From contig MU619256.1 of NCBI GenBank assembly GCA_025201805.1, positions 184,333 through 248,332 on the forward strand: a stretch of 64,000 bases of DNA, in the 5' to 3' direction. Below the pieces are notes generated by a model, which saw only the letters and a program-made list of their open reading frames with translations, was not told the DNA's origin and did no database searches. Numbering within the stretch: the stretch's first letter is position 1; every line of letters begins with the position of its first letter. Below are positions 24,569-38,922 of the stretch, one piece after another. This DNA comes from Parasitella parasitica NRRL 2501 (taxonomy: Eukaryota; Fungi; Mucoromycota). The position numbers and the translations under genes were made by a program.

Positions 24569-27500
24569 ATGAGCAGAAGAAAAAAGAGTAATTCAAGAAG
24601 AAGAGACAGCGATTTTGAACGCAACGGAAAGCTGCTTGTATCCAGAGATGCTACTGCGAGCAGCAATCACTCTGGTAGACAGCTATTTGATCCTCGTTCG
24701 GATAACCCACTCGCATTTTATAAACAGCAGCCCAAAACTGAGGATCAAGTAGCTGATGGAAAACTCTATTCTCGCCAGCAAACTACGCCGCCTTCATCTG
24801 CAACATGTCCAAAAATAAAAGACCCTGACACCGGACCGACATTGCCTTCTCAAAGACCTCCTCCTGCTCCAGGAAGACGACTATGGAGTGCAGATGGATC
24901 CATGACCCCAAAGTCCAATGCGCCAAGCAGAAATGATAAGCCGACTGCACAAACACCACTACCACTTGCCAGTAAACCGACAGCTAGCAAAAAGCCGCTG
25001 CCAGCATTAGACAACAGAAAAGTAGCATCTGATCAAAGAAAACAAGCCAGAGTAGCTACGCCTGTATCAGAGAAAGACGCAGCAACGGAAATCAAACGCA
25101 TTAAATTGAAAGCTTTGGTTTCATCATTAAAAGGCATAGAAGCCAAACTCGAACAGGTCACAGCAACGTCTCGCTCATTGCCATCTTTCAACGACAACAA
25201 TGGACCATCGCAACAAGCATTGTTTCATGACAGAAGAGACATGCTCACGGGGGATAAAAAAGTGAATTCTCAGGAACAGGCCGTAATAGTAGAACAGGAT
25301 ATACGAGACGCAGAATGTATCTGGAAAGAGAAAATCGATTTGCACCTGGCATTGGGCGACAAATACCTGGAAATATTGACGTTGGATCTCGAATACGCCG
25401 AGAAAAAAGGGCTGGAAAGCTTATGTTGGAAGCGTGCTGTGTATAGTTTGGTAGACCAGTTTAGAACCTCGTTGAGGAAATCCGCAAGCGACATTGCTGC
25501 CCTCAACACTAGCTCCTCGACCACGGCAAACTCTGTCGAAACCAGCAAGACGCATAGCAAATTAGCATCAATGCTATTTGACGATCAAAATAACAGTGAT
25601 TGCGGTATAACCCAAGTACCTGTGATTCATGAAGGAGGAGGCATGACGTTTATCAAGGTTGAAAAGCCAAAACCGGAACAAGCACAGCTGCAAGAGCATG
25701 AATTACATTTGAAGCAAGCTAGAATGATACAGACATTGTTTCTCCGCTACCTGGAATTAGCTGATGACTTTTACTTGAAACTGTCATTGTTCTTGAAAAG
25801 CGTTGATGATGACTCGAATGAGCGCCTGGATAATTACTTGAATTTATGGCGGCGAACTAGGAAATATAAATGGTACACATGTATTCCGTTGAGAGGAGAT
25901 ATAGCTAGATATCGATGGGCTTACACTCCTGAAAAAGAGGACCTTTCTTTGCGTTTGGTCAAGGAGGATCAAGAGGATCAAGAGGGTCAAGAGGATCAAG
26001 AGCCCACAAGCGGATGGACAAAAGAGGGAGCTTTTAAAGAAGCCTGGAAATTCTACTCTCTAGGAACATGGCTAATGCCTGCCAAGGGGAACTTGTATTT
26101 CAACCTGTCTTTACTGCTGCAGCAACCTCCTCAACTCTATAATCATGGCCAAGACTTTCACAAACTTTACTTTAGCACTCGCAGCTTGATGGTTCGTCGT
26201 AATGGTTTTTTGAATGCAAGAGAAAGTATGCTCGCTCTGTTTGAGGGTAATCGTCGTTGGGTTCAGAAAAATATCGAGTCAGCTAGGACCAGTAGTAACA
26301 GCTCAAAGCAGAAACAAAGGCGTTCTAAAAGTACCAAAATGAATGTGGAACTCGACAAAGGCTCCGTTCCTGCGCTGTTTGTTCGGCTCCACGGCATGCT
26401 GTTTACAAAGATCGGATTAGATGAATTCCCCAGGATAAAGCGTGCCTTTTTCGACGCTCTATTCGAAATCAACCACACGCAGTCAAAACAAGATGGCTGC
26501 GATCAACCGATTGTTCTGGATAATGAAACGACAAAGCCTGCTTTACACGATCCCAAAGAACTTTCTGAACTTCATCTTTTCTGGCTGGAAACTGCGGTTG
26601 TGTGTCTCTCATCGCTTTATGCTTATGACTTTGCCAATTCCAAACTCACCAAACTGCTGTCTTGTAACTGTGCCAAACGATTTAATCTCAACAATAGCGA
26701 CGAACAGCTGTATCAGCGGCTGTCCGAGGAATTTGGAGACAGTGCCTTGTTCTCTCATGAGGTGGATTTGACATGTCAAATTGCCGTTGAACTACTGCGA
26801 CGCTACCTAGACCCTCTCTTGCCTAGCCCCTCCGCGCCTCAATTGCCCCGACTACCGCCTGTAAAGTTCAACTATACTGAAAATGAAGAGTTTCTATTTG
26901 GGCCCGTGCTTGACCAGAATAAAAATCGAATCCACAAAGATGCAGCTGAGCAAGAAATTCAAATGGAAGACACTGACACCTATGCCTGGCTTGTTTATAT
27001 CGAGATATTGCTTCATTGGATGGTATTGAATGGCGTGTGCATCAGATCTCAAGATCAAATGTCCTTATGGGAAACAATAGTTGGTGACATCGGCTATGAT
27101 TTTATCTTTCCTCAAGGCAAACGTTTAACTGCTGCAAACGAAAATCGCCATTCAAAGATATCGCCTGCTTTCTGGCCACTGTTACTCCAATTTTTAAACA
27201 AGTTATTATCAGAGTTATCAACAGAGGACAAATATGATATGGTGAATAAGCATTTGCTGGAGGATGAGGAAAACAGGGAAGAGAACTGTGATGGCAGATC
27301 AACAGACACAACCGCCAGTGTCAACTCCTCGGATCTAGAGTACGAATTCACAAAGACAATATTAGCAATTCTCGGCAAGGAGCCAGATCTTCCGGAAGAA
27401 AGTCTCTTGAGAGGCCTTGGATGGGTAGATGAGATACATGGAAGGTTTTTAAAGTTGGAACCCGATGCCAAGCCAACAAGAGCTGCTACCTTTGATACAA

Positions 27501-28595
27501 ACACTATATCTCGACGTAAAATGAAAATACTGGATTATGGTTTCACTCTCGTTAAGGTAAGGCTTTTTATCCGGAATCATGATTTATATATTTTCCATGG
27601 CTAAGTTTCAATGACTGGTAGCATCTCGACGATATCTTATATTATGACCCTGTGGAGGAGATGTTTACAGTATCCAAGAGTGTAGAAGAACGTGCTGTGG
27701 CGTTAGCTAATGAAGTGGCAAACAACACGGAGGGACCACAATATTCTGTTGATGATCTATACGACCAGACTCAGAATGACGACTTATTGATTGGCGCCAC
27801 TGCTACAATTGCTGAAATGGACGATGATGTACTGCTATCCAGGGAAATCGGTTTGGATGAGCAAAACAAAGATGATGACTTTATGACTCAATTGAAAAAA
27901 CGTCGAGAGCAGCTCCAATCCATTGTTGTTTCTAGCGAAGCAGAAGAACGATTTGGATACCGTTGCTTACCTGCTCGTGTCAAGGAAAGAGAGGCTCGCC
28001 TGAATTACCTGAGAAGCTGTATACTTCCAGGCAAAACAATTCTAGTGCTCGACACCAATTGTTTCATTGGACATCTTGATCTGGTCAAAAAGCTATTTAA
28101 ATGTCAAAAATGGTCCATTATCGTCCCTCTTGTCGGTAAGAGCAACTAGGATTGCGGTGGTCGACTTGTCGATATGTCATTACTAACCAGCATCTTTGTA
28201 TGGTAGTTGTCACTGAATTAGATGGTCTTCGAACAAACACGCACCGATTAGGTCTTATGGCCCAACAAGGCATTGAGCTCTTGGAAACCACGCTGGCTGC
28301 TAAACCAAAGCAAAGTACATCGCTTCGCATACAAACCTCCCATAATAACTTTATGAATGATATTTCCATCCGATCCGAACAATTTGTATTTGGCGAAACC
28401 GACAAAAACTTGGATGATCTGATTCTTTCTAGTTGCTTATGGTGGATATCGCAGCACTCACCTCAAGAGGATAGCGACAAAACAGTGGTGCCAGTTTGTT
28501 TGGTTACTGGTGACAGAAATTTGAGTGTCAAAGCTCGTGCTCGTGATGTTGAGGTAGTTCCTGTATCTGCTATTGTTCAATTAACTCCCAAATAA
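24569..28595 (+). CDS. Est1/SMG6-like protein (Est1 TPR and Est1-DNA-binding regions plus C-terminal PIN endonuclease), three exons
   Basis: LESLCWKRAVYSLV; RGDIARYR; P..GNLYFNLSLL; YFSTRSL..F.NARES; FVRLHGMLFTKIGLD; LPEE..LRGLGW. PIN: VLDTNCFI..IVPLVVVTELDGL..LDDLIL..LVTGDRNLSVKARA. Confidence 0.88.
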
Positions 28596-29316
28596 ATGAG
28601 TTTGTTACAAAAAAAAAAGTGCTTAATCTGGACAACAGTACAGGCCGCATAGTAATATTTCTGATTGGTTTCTCATGCAAAACATGATTCCCGATATTTT
28701 TTGATCTGATGAAACTCTGGCTGAGAAGCCATTTTTCTGTAGTTCCACATTTTTTAATCTCTTTCGAAGAAATATCTAAATATATGATAGACCATTTAGT
28801 GAGTTCATTATTTAGTGACCTTGCTAGGCTATAAATTTTTCAGACTACTTCATGTCACAATAATTTCTTTTTAGAAATTACGTGTTTTGGATAGAAACTA
28901 ATGAAAACTTGCTCATGTTCTTCTGCGTGAAAGGCCCATTCTGTAGAGAGTCGTATTTAGTGAAACTTGCTTTGGTTTTGTTCGAGTTCTTGTTGGAATT
29001 CACTTTAGGATCCATATTCACTGACTTTAGCTTTCAATAGGGGAACAGGGAAAATATGACAATTTGAATACAACATTTCATACAATTTTGTGGTAAAATC
29101 TTATTTTCTTTTAAATGGTAATGTTACATTTTTTAACAAAAAGGGCATCGATATTATAAAAATATTGTAAAAAATTCAAATATTTATTATCAAACAAAGC
29201 CTCTATTCTAACGATTCCTACGCTTCTAGAATTCGTTTGAATGCCTAGTTAGAACAGCTCAAACCATATTTCATACAGGTAGTTAATTAATGCTATGTAG
29301 CGTTTTCGTCTATATT

Positions 29317-29320
<4 letters not shown>

Positions 29321-29377
<57 letters not shown>
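29321..29377 (+). repeat. 57-nt poly(A) tract
   Basis: Uninterrupted A run in intergenic DNA. Confidence 0.95.
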
Positions 29378-29379
<2 letters not shown>

Positions 29380-30258
29380 AGGGGCATCATTTAATAAACA
29401 TTATAAATGGGGATACAGTAAATGGCCTATATGCCGAATTTGGTGATAAAGCGAAAAAATGTTGAATCTAGATGAAGTTGACAGAATACGTATATAGAAA
29501 TCCCGTGATTGTATGTATTGGGTAATCCGGGTTTGTTTTGCTTGAAAGATCAAAGCCCTGTACAAACAGCAGTGTATTCTCATGATTTTAATTATTTTGT
29601 ATGCACACAACGAAAGAAATTTTACATGTCCTTTCTGGCCATTACTTGGGAATCGCAAATTTAGAGCCCTTGATCAGTGTTCAATTGCATATGCCGCTCA
29701 GGCACGAAATGTGTTTGATTGGCAAAAAGAAATTCCTCCTTGTGCCTCCCTCTTCTAACGCCATTAGCTGTCATGAAAGCCAAGTAAATACTTCTCCTCG
29801 TTTTTTTTTTCTTTCTCCAAGATAAAGAAGACGTGATAGTTGTGTCGAAACCAAGCCGCAAATACAGATTAGCGTTAGCATGTAGGCGTAAAGAAAACGT
29901 GATTTTTTGGCGCCTATTACTGCTTGGGTTGATGCAAGATGAATCATTCTGATGTGAAAAACACAGAATTATTTATCACACAAATACAGAGATGGAGTAT
30001 TTGACCACACTTTTTGAAGTTAATTTATGGGGTACATGACACTAATGAAGAATTACTGAGTAAACTCCTGATTTTGAGTTGGAGTGGAACCAATCATGTA
30101 TAACGTAACACTTGTTTTCTTTACCCTTTTGGCCATTCCTTTCAACATTGCTGCTGTAAGACCACTATCATTCTCAGTTATATGCAAATTTTTACAAGGT
30201 CCTTTTTTCTTCTTCTCTTTATCTACTTTCTTCTCTTCCTCCTTTGCAGATACGTCTA

Positions 30259-32867
30259 ATGTTAGCTTCTGGGCCATTGTTAAAAGAAGAACAAGGTGAT
30301 GCTGTTCCAATGACTGATGCTCATGCTCCCGCAAAAACATACTATACAACTGGAAATAATTCTGGCAGCAACATCAACCGGTTGCGTAGTTTGTCTGTAA
30401 GTCTTTGCCTTTTAAAAGCGCAACTGATTTATATTCATTTTACTGATTTCAGTTCAGGGCCGCCATGATTTCTCCAAGAATGCTCCAGATGCTGATGGTT
30501 TTCTGCCTCAAAGAAAGCGAAGAGCTTCTCACGGTAAGTTTTTTTTTTTTTTTTTGACATTTTCCGTATAAAAATACTCGAACGTCTCATTCTGAAATAA
30601 CCGCAGACGACAAGAATAAGGCGCGGAAGTTTCTGCTTGACGTCAAGGAAACACAACGCATTTTGGTCGAACAAGAAGACACGGATGGCGATTTCCAGAT
30701 CACAGTCAACGACTTGGGTCCCAAATCACTCTCAGTTGGCAGCGCTGATTCAGGGGGCTACCGCAAAATCGAAATTCGCGGCACATACATGCTGTCGAAT
30801 CTATTGCAAGAATTGGCTCTGGCTGAAGACTATGGCCGCAAGCACATTGTCCTGGATGAAGCCCGTCTCAGCGAAAACCCTGTGGATCGTCTCTCTCGAA
30901 TGATTCGCCATAGCTTCTGGGACGGACTGACCCGTCGAATCGACGCCGAGGGGCTTGAACGCATCTGCCTAGACCCTAAAAATAGATCGGCTAACCACAG
31001 CCCTCGCATCTACGTTCCTCATGATGAACATGAAGTGTTTGAGTACTATCAGAATGTTGCCAACACCAAGCAGCATTTAGGCTTGGAAGTCGAACGCCTA
31101 CCGCAGGACATCACACCAGAGTACGTGCAAAGCATCAATGACAAGCCTGGCATTTTAGCATTGGCTCTTCGCAAAGAAAAAAGCATCATTACAGGAGAGA
31201 CTACTTTCCGCGGCGTCCCCTTTGTAGTGCCTGGTGGCCGATTTAATGAAATGTATGGCTGGGACTCTTATTTTGAAGCACTGGGCTTGTTGATTGACCA
31301 GCGTGTGGATTTGGCGCAAGGCATGGTTGAAAACTTTACTTATGAAATCAAGCATTATGGGAAAATCTTGAACGCCAACCGCTCTTATTATCTTACCAGA
31401 TCACAGCCTCCATTTTTGACAGACATGGCGCGACAGGTCTATTTGAAACTGCCTGGGTGCGATAGTGACAATAAAGCATGGCTGCAAAGTGCGTTGCAAG
31501 CTGCCATCAAAGAGTACCACTCTGTCTGGATGTCTGAACCTCGCCTAGACCCCAAAACACAACTATCGCGTTTCCGACCTGATGGCAAAGGCATTCCGCC
31601 CGAAACAGAAGCCTCTCACTTTGACCACGTTCTCCAGCCGTATGCTACGCGTGCTGGTCTTTCTCTTGATGAAATGATGAAGCGCTACAACGATGGGACG
31701 CTTGTAGTGCCTGAGCTAGACGAGTACTTTTTGCACGACCGAGCAGTTCGCGAATCGGGCCATGACACAACCTACCGCTACGAGGGAAGATGCGCTAATC
31801 TAGCTACTATTGATTTGAACGCGTTATTGTATAAATATGAAACGGACATTGCAGACTTGATGACGGACTATTTGGATGGTGACCTTGTTGATTACGATGG
31901 AATCAGGCAAGACGCTGATGTTTGGAGAGACCGAGCTCAATTGAGAAGAGAGCGTATCGACCGCTACTTGTGGAACGACAAGCACGGCATGTATTTTGAC
32001 TATGACACCCAGACAGAACAGCAAATCACATACGAAACTGTAACCAGTTTCTGGGCCATGTGGGCTAAATGCGCTAGCCAGGAGCAGGCAGAGAAAATGG
32101 CTCGTCATGCGCTCCCCAAGTTTGAAGTAACAGGTGGTCTTGTTTCCGGAACAGTAGAGTCAAGAGGTATCATCAGTCTGGATCGTCCAAATCGTCAATG
32201 GGATTTCCCCTTTGGATGGGCGCCGCATCAGATCCTTGCCTGGCAAGGGTTTGCAAATTACGGCATGGTTGACATCCAACAACGACTTGTATATCGTTGG
32301 CTGTACATGTAAGTTAATCATCAGGCACGGGCGACAAACCATAATAACTCACGTGGCTCTTTATTTTGCAGGATTACCAAGTCATTTGTTGACTTCAATG
32401 GCGTTGTGCCTGAAAAATATGACGTTGTTAGTTTGACACATAAAGTGCAAGTTGAGTATGGCAACGTTGGCGTGGATTTCAAATATGTCTCTCGCGAGGG
32501 CTTTGGCTGGATGAACGCGTCTTATCAGATTGGCTTGAGCGTCATAACCAAGCAAATGCGTCGTGCACTCGGCACATGTACAAGCCCGGATGTCTTTTTC
32601 GAGCGAACAGCCGCAATCAAGAAACAGACGCAAGCAGTTGAAACAGCTAAAGCCATTACTCAGAACGGCCAGACAACTGCTGCCATTACTGTCATTGTGC
32701 CACCGGAATCATCGGTCCCTGTGAGCATTGGAATCAAAAGAAAGGCTCCCTCCTTATCACCTGATTCTAGTCAGCGCGATCTGGCCTCGTTTGCCATTGA
32801 TGATGAAGACCACAACATGGATAGCGCCGTGACAACACCTGAAAATGAGTCTGGCTACTATGTTTAA
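30259..32867 (+). CDS. NTH1: Neutral trehalase (GH37) with Ca2+-binding motif
   Basis: Two short 5' exons carry PKA-type sites (RLRSLS, RRASH). Also [65 protein letters not shown] and EGFGWMNAS. Confidence 0.95.
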
Positions 32868-33084
32868 ACGCTAATAAATATTATTCTCGTACATGTTTCG
32901 AGTCGTGAGGCCTACAAGCTCATATGCGAAATATACTAGATTATATAATATTCTATGCATATATAATACATTTTAAGAGGGATTTACGCACAGGATCATA
33001 GCACGGACACTGCTTCCGTGCATAATTTATGCATTTGCCATAACTATAGTCCTGACTTTTCAGGTTCAAAGTAACACATTCAGA

Positions 33085-33129
33085 NNNNNNNNNNNNNNNN
33101 NNNNNNNNNNNNNNNNNNNNNNNNNNNNN
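33085..33129. other. Assembly gap (further N runs at 35543-35562 and 58343-58352)
   Basis: Runs of N. Confidence 1.
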
Positions 33130-33766
33130 AGCTCTATTAGGTAGCTGTCAGAATGATTTGGTTAGATTCGATAGGACAAACTCGTTCCTGAAATTGATTA
33201 ATATTGTGCGTGCAGGCAGTTGTTCATTATCCCGCATGTTGAAGCGGCAAAAGTGAGTTTCTGTTGTCAAATCAAGAGGAAAACAATAAATATAACATTG
33301 ATAAAAGGAGAGGGAAGCAATTTACATAAGATGCCCCCCCTTTTTTTTTGCTGTGCGTCTTTTTTTCTTTTTTTTTTTTTTTTGGAGTTATCTATCAAAT
33401 ATTAAAAAAGGAGAGCAACCTTGCTAAATTACTCTTTTAGTGCTAGTTCACATCTAATTTAGGCAAGTTAGCACCACTTTTTGGATATCAGACCCTTTGA
33501 AAAGGGTAATAAATATAGACACTTGGCGCCCCTTACATGACAAAACGTATTTCATTATTGCCCAAAGGATGGCATGATTAAGTGTGTAAAATTTTGGTAT
33601 ATTTTAATATAAAAAAAATAAGTAATAGTAGTAATGATAATAGCAATCGTTTTGTGTAGTGTCAACAGTGTGTACATGCGGTATATATATGTATTTGTGT
33701 GGTGAGAAGTTGTATATATATATATGTATATAGACATATATAGAGTATAGTGTATTTACAAAGTAT

Positions 33767-34485
33767 TTAGCATTTGGTAATAGAATCGTACTTTTCAGTC
33801 ATTTGCTGCTCTGTTGTTATCATTAAATTAGATGAGCAGTTGTTGTGGGTAGTTGTGTAGCGAATAGTGGGGTTTAACTCTTGTATTTTATAGCAATCCT
33901 CGCTGCTTCTCTTTATCTGATGCTCTTTAATCCAATGCCAAAGCAACTGATCTCCATATTGCTCTAGTTCCTCTACTTGGACATTTAACCTGAAATTGTT
34001 CAGTTTCAAGAACTGCAATTCCAGAGTATTCAATTCTGCAACAGGTAAACCGCCGACCTATGTATGTTCTAACATGAATACGTAGATCATAGAGGGTTGA
34101 GTGTTATAGTTACCTTGGCATATCTTGCATTCGTGTAGAATACATCAGAGAAGAATTTGCTCGACACCATGATGCCGGTAATGATCAATCTGTGTATATT
34201 ATACGAATCAATTCTCAGACCTGATGAATTACGGGACATGCGATCGAAATAGACCAGGAGGCTGAGGAAACATTCATTGGCACAAGGACAGTACTTGAGA
34301 ATACGAGTGAGGTAAGATTGAATATCAATGTTGGGTATGGCTCGTGCGTAAAAGCAAGCGTATGGAGAAGCATGTCGTGAAGGTGGTTGCAGTCTGTTAT
34401 TGGCTTTTGTTATGCGTTCTAATAAAAAAGTGACAATCTTAATAGTGTCGGACGTAGGATGCTGAACAAGGTCATATTTTAACAT
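33767..34485 (-). CDS. PHO80/PCL-like cyclin, two exons
   Basis: FYARAIPNIDIQSYLTRILKYCP..LVYFDRM..NIHRLIITGIMVSSKFFSDVFYTNARYAK|VGGLPVAELNTLELQFL. Confidence 0.92.
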
Positions 34486-35609
34486 AATGGAGGTTTTTTT
34501 TTTATTATATAATACAAAAAAAAAGGAGGAAAAGAAGATGAAAATAGATTTAGAATAAAATCTTGGATTTTTATAGATTCTACCCATGAACAACAGCCAA
34601 TGATAATCAGCCACTTTCTGAAAGGTACAATTTAGTGTAATGGTTTGATTGTTTAAAGTACGAGTAACAACTAAGGGCTAAGTCTTTTGTTTTTGTTTTT
34701 ACGGTTGACCACATTGTGTACGCAAGTATTTGTATGAAGGCCTCTTGCAAGTTTGAAGTCTAATTTTGATAACAATAACTGAATCACCCATCGTATGCGT
34801 TAAACAACACCCTCCGATTGGCTGCCGCAACTGATAATGTTGTTCTCGGTAATGCGTGTGTCTTTATCACGGGAATCACAGCTTGATTGTAGTACCCATT
34901 TATACAACAATGGATCCGAATGGTCATATGTTTCTTCTTTATGGCGACAGTAGTTGCCATAAGATGAGTCCTGTTCGACGTTTTTGCTCATGATTTCCAA
35001 TGTACGCATTTAAATCGCCAATAAAGGTGCTTTCATATTTTGAAATGTTGCACGAATAGTTCGTTATTAAGGTTCTTTGTGTACGTGCTGTGCATTTTCT
35101 TATAGTTGAAATATACATTATCCAATTTACAGTACTTCCATACGATTTATCGTTGTATGATTTACTAAAAACGACAGAATCTACCATTGATACGCATCAT
35201 ATTTCATAAATGAAACTTTACTTCTTGCCAAAGTGTTTGTTGCGAAAATACAATTGATATAAACTAAGACTCGAATTGCTTGTCAAGCATGGTAAAAACT
35301 TTAGAAATGTAAAAACGTGCGAAATTCAAAAATGAAACTTGGGCTCATATTTATTTATATGATCTAAACAGCACTTCTCCTTTAAAGTGATAGCAAAAAA
35401 GTCATATTGCAAGCTTAACTCGATTTATATAAGTAGAAGGGTAAAAAAAAAGTTGCATGTTATATTATTTTTGTTTAATGCATATGTTTATCAGCTTCAA
35501 AGTAGCATTGCATATATACACATAGATCATGGCGATTTTTTTNNNNNNNNNNNNNNNNNNNNTGCATTTATTGCTGAAATAAGTCTCATGCTAAGCAGGT
35601 GGTTGATGA

Positions 35610-37087
35610 TCATAAGCATGTACTCCAACGTTTGTTATTTTCTTTTTTACTCGGCAGACTAAATCCTTGCTCTAAATATCGGTTGTAATATAGCAACTGG
35701 TGCCGCCGCTGCTGTAATGAGTGATAATAGTAGTTTTCATCATCCATCGCACCATTAGAGACATAACTTGATGGGTTGTACCCATATGAATAATGGTTGC
35801 TGTTATCATTCATGTCATACCGACGAGATGTACCACTACTCGAAGCAGTCGCATTACCGCTTCCATGGTTAATCGAGTCATTTGACTTTTTTGGCAGAGT
35901 AAAATAATCATAAGAGTCTCTAGATTTACATGATGATGGATGGAATGACGTATTGTGGTTTGAATAAGAATTGCTGGGTGTTTGGTTGGTGTAGTAATAC
36001 TCCATATCATAAGGAGGATACCAGTAGTTTCCTCGTTGTGGCCGCCGTTCATTCAAGCTTTGAGAATGATAATGCTGATTGCCAATATTGGAGGACTGAT
36101 AATGTTCATTATTACTACTGCTGTATGAATAACGCGGGACATCATTGTTAGCGAATGTTGATTCATACGACTGGGAGATAATCAAGTATTCTAGCTGTTG
36201 TTGAGTATCAAGCATATGTCGTTCCTGTTCTTTGTGTTTCTTTTCTAATCTCTTGATCTCTGCCTTGAGTTTTCGGACTTCCTCATTGTAGGTATCCTTA
36301 TCAATCATTTTCCCGCTACAGCCGGCAATAGTGTGCCTGATCTGATGATCGTCCATTGCACTAGGATATTCCATGTCTAACAAAAATTTAGGCTATTAGC
36401 ATCAGATTGAAATAATAAACAAAGGCGCATCTTGTACAAACCTTCGTAATGATTGTATGGAATATCATTTTTCTCTTGGCCGTCGCTATGGTAACCAGAT
36501 CTTTGGTCTACATAGGGCGTAGGCCGTCTTTTGATACAGGAATAACCGCTCTTCTTTGATGGTATCTTTCTTGGAGAAGTTTTTGAATGCCACGTGATGG
36601 GCTGAGACTCTTGTTGATGATAATAGTCCAAAGTAGCATCTTGCTCATAGTCTCTTTGCAAATGCGTGCTATAATGTGTGTCATTGGGTAATTGTTTGTT
36701 TTGATTACTGAGATCGTGGGTTTGCTGCGTTTTTAAGTGCGCTGTCGCAGGTGGCGGTGTTGAAGGTCTCGAATTGGCAACTTCGGGAGGTGTTTCATCA
36801 TCAGGACTTTCGTCTGGATCAAAAGAATACGAAAAACCGCAATATGCAGATGCTATTAATAATGGTGTGCTTTGATTAGCTTTAAATGAACTTGTATTTT
36901 TTGTGTTGTTGGTAGATAAAGAAGAATATCCATCAGAAGAAGAGTTGTGGTGTGGATACTGCTGACTCTGAGGTTGCGAAGGTGGTTCATTGGCTAGTTT
37001 TTGAAGAGCTTCTGAAAGAACTTGTCTAGTGGGTGTAGAATTACTTCTTTTTCTTGGTAAATGAAGCCATCTTCCAAAATTGTTCAT
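35610..37087 (-). CDS. Hypothetical low-complexity protein with a short coiled coil, two exons
   Basis: Two consecutive long ORFs joined by a GT..AG intron near 36378-36440; coiled coil EEVRKLKAEIKRLEKKHKEQE. Confidence 0.65.
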
Positions 37088-38922
37088 TGTGTTTTGTGCC
37101 TTAATTAATTTGTTTGTAAATAAGAAAGAGAAAAGAAACAAAAGCTCTAGATTACTGTATTTATATAGGGAGCTGCCCTCCTTGTTTTATTTAAAGTTGC
37201 AAAAAAGTATTCGGATTTTTAAACTCTTTAGTGATATTAAGAAGACATGGATGGCTATGGATGGCATTTGCCCTTAGCGTGTCATGTTTACCGAACGGTG
37301 ATACCCGATGAGGATGATTATTGCTACCGCTGTTGTCTTTATGAACGACTAAATTTATTTGAGATGTCATTACCTTCACGAACATGGACCAATATTTGAA
37401 TCATGTTGCGACTTGCAGATATAGATCGCATCTGAAAAGTTGCACTATAAATGTTGGTTACTGTATACTATTACCGCTGCATTAATAAATATCTATCTTA
37501 TAAGCCCTGTATTTTTATTATAACAGTATGCTTGCGACTAGATGCTGGAGGCCTAGAATCAGGGTCGCACTTAAATGTCCTGAAAGACGATTAATGACAT
37601 TCAGGACACACTTGACCAGTCGGGAATTCATCAATGAGGAACACGTCAGGACCATGCTCCTTGAGAAGACGGCCATGAATGAGCTCATGATACCCCGCCA
37701 TAGGAGCTGACCGTTTTCCCATGATGGACGCAGCCTCAGGAAACTTCTTACTCGATCTTCTTATCAAGAAGAGTAATGATTGATCATTGGCAGATGTTCG
37801 ATGCGAACTAGTAGTAATCTTGAAAGTCGGTTCTTGTACATAAGATCATCTGTTTAAACAGGGACTTGTGAAATGGAATTTTAGCCTGGAACAAAAAAAA
37901 TTGCATCAAATACTCGTGTCTCATAAATAACTATTGAAAGATGCCAAATGCTACACGACTCGACCAATTCGGATACATCAAGCGTATAGAGGAAATAGGC
38001 ATTCGTTATGTGACAGAAATAACCTAAAAAGAAAAGAAACCTCCTACTTTCATCAAAATAATGGTGCCTCATGTCATACACTCAAGGTTACATGAACATG
38101 TAAAGGAAATCAAGCAAACGTCTACCCCTACGACATTGGCCCGCTTAATTTCCAGAACTGGACCCCATCAAACTCGCCGATTATGTCCAGAGAGGGACTT
38201 TAAAGGAAAAAAAAAAAAAAGAAACGTAAAATTACAAAAGTCAAGAAACTGGATGTAGCCCGAAAATGGATCAGTTTTGTTGGAGAACTTGTCAGAAGTA
38301 CATACAACCTCTCGCTGTAAAAAAGTCATTGCGTGCAAGGGTGGCCACGCCAATAACTGATTTTTGAATTGTCCTGAAAAAAAAACCTCGGCATAATCTA
38401 AATACTATTTGAATAGCATTTCGTAATCGGATTATTGTAAGAAAATGTATAAGCTGAAGCTTTTGTTTATAGAGCATTTGACCCCTTAAAACAAAGCAAT
38501 ACACAAATGGTAATAGACACCCGGCTTTATTTACCACACAATAACATGGCAGTGCCACATTACCATCATTACTTTGCGCACAAATAATGAGCGGGTTGAG
38601 TATGCTTAAGAAATGCTCAAAACTCAGACTGATGAATGATTCTGGAAATGAGACATCTGAAGACCTGGATATATGTATATGTGATTTTCAATAATGAAAT
38701 GTGATGCGGCATGTTGAGCACTATCGTAACTATTTCAATTTTGTTTTATGCTAGATTATGCTCTGATTTTGATTCAATTGATGGAGATATACATTTCAGA
38801 TGGGACGTGTAAAAAATGTCATTTGCTATCGAAAGCAGTACATAGTATGTAGGTCATCTGTATGTATTTGCAAGTATTAATGTAAAATAGGTTTATTATG
38901 TAAATTATACAGTTATATAAAT

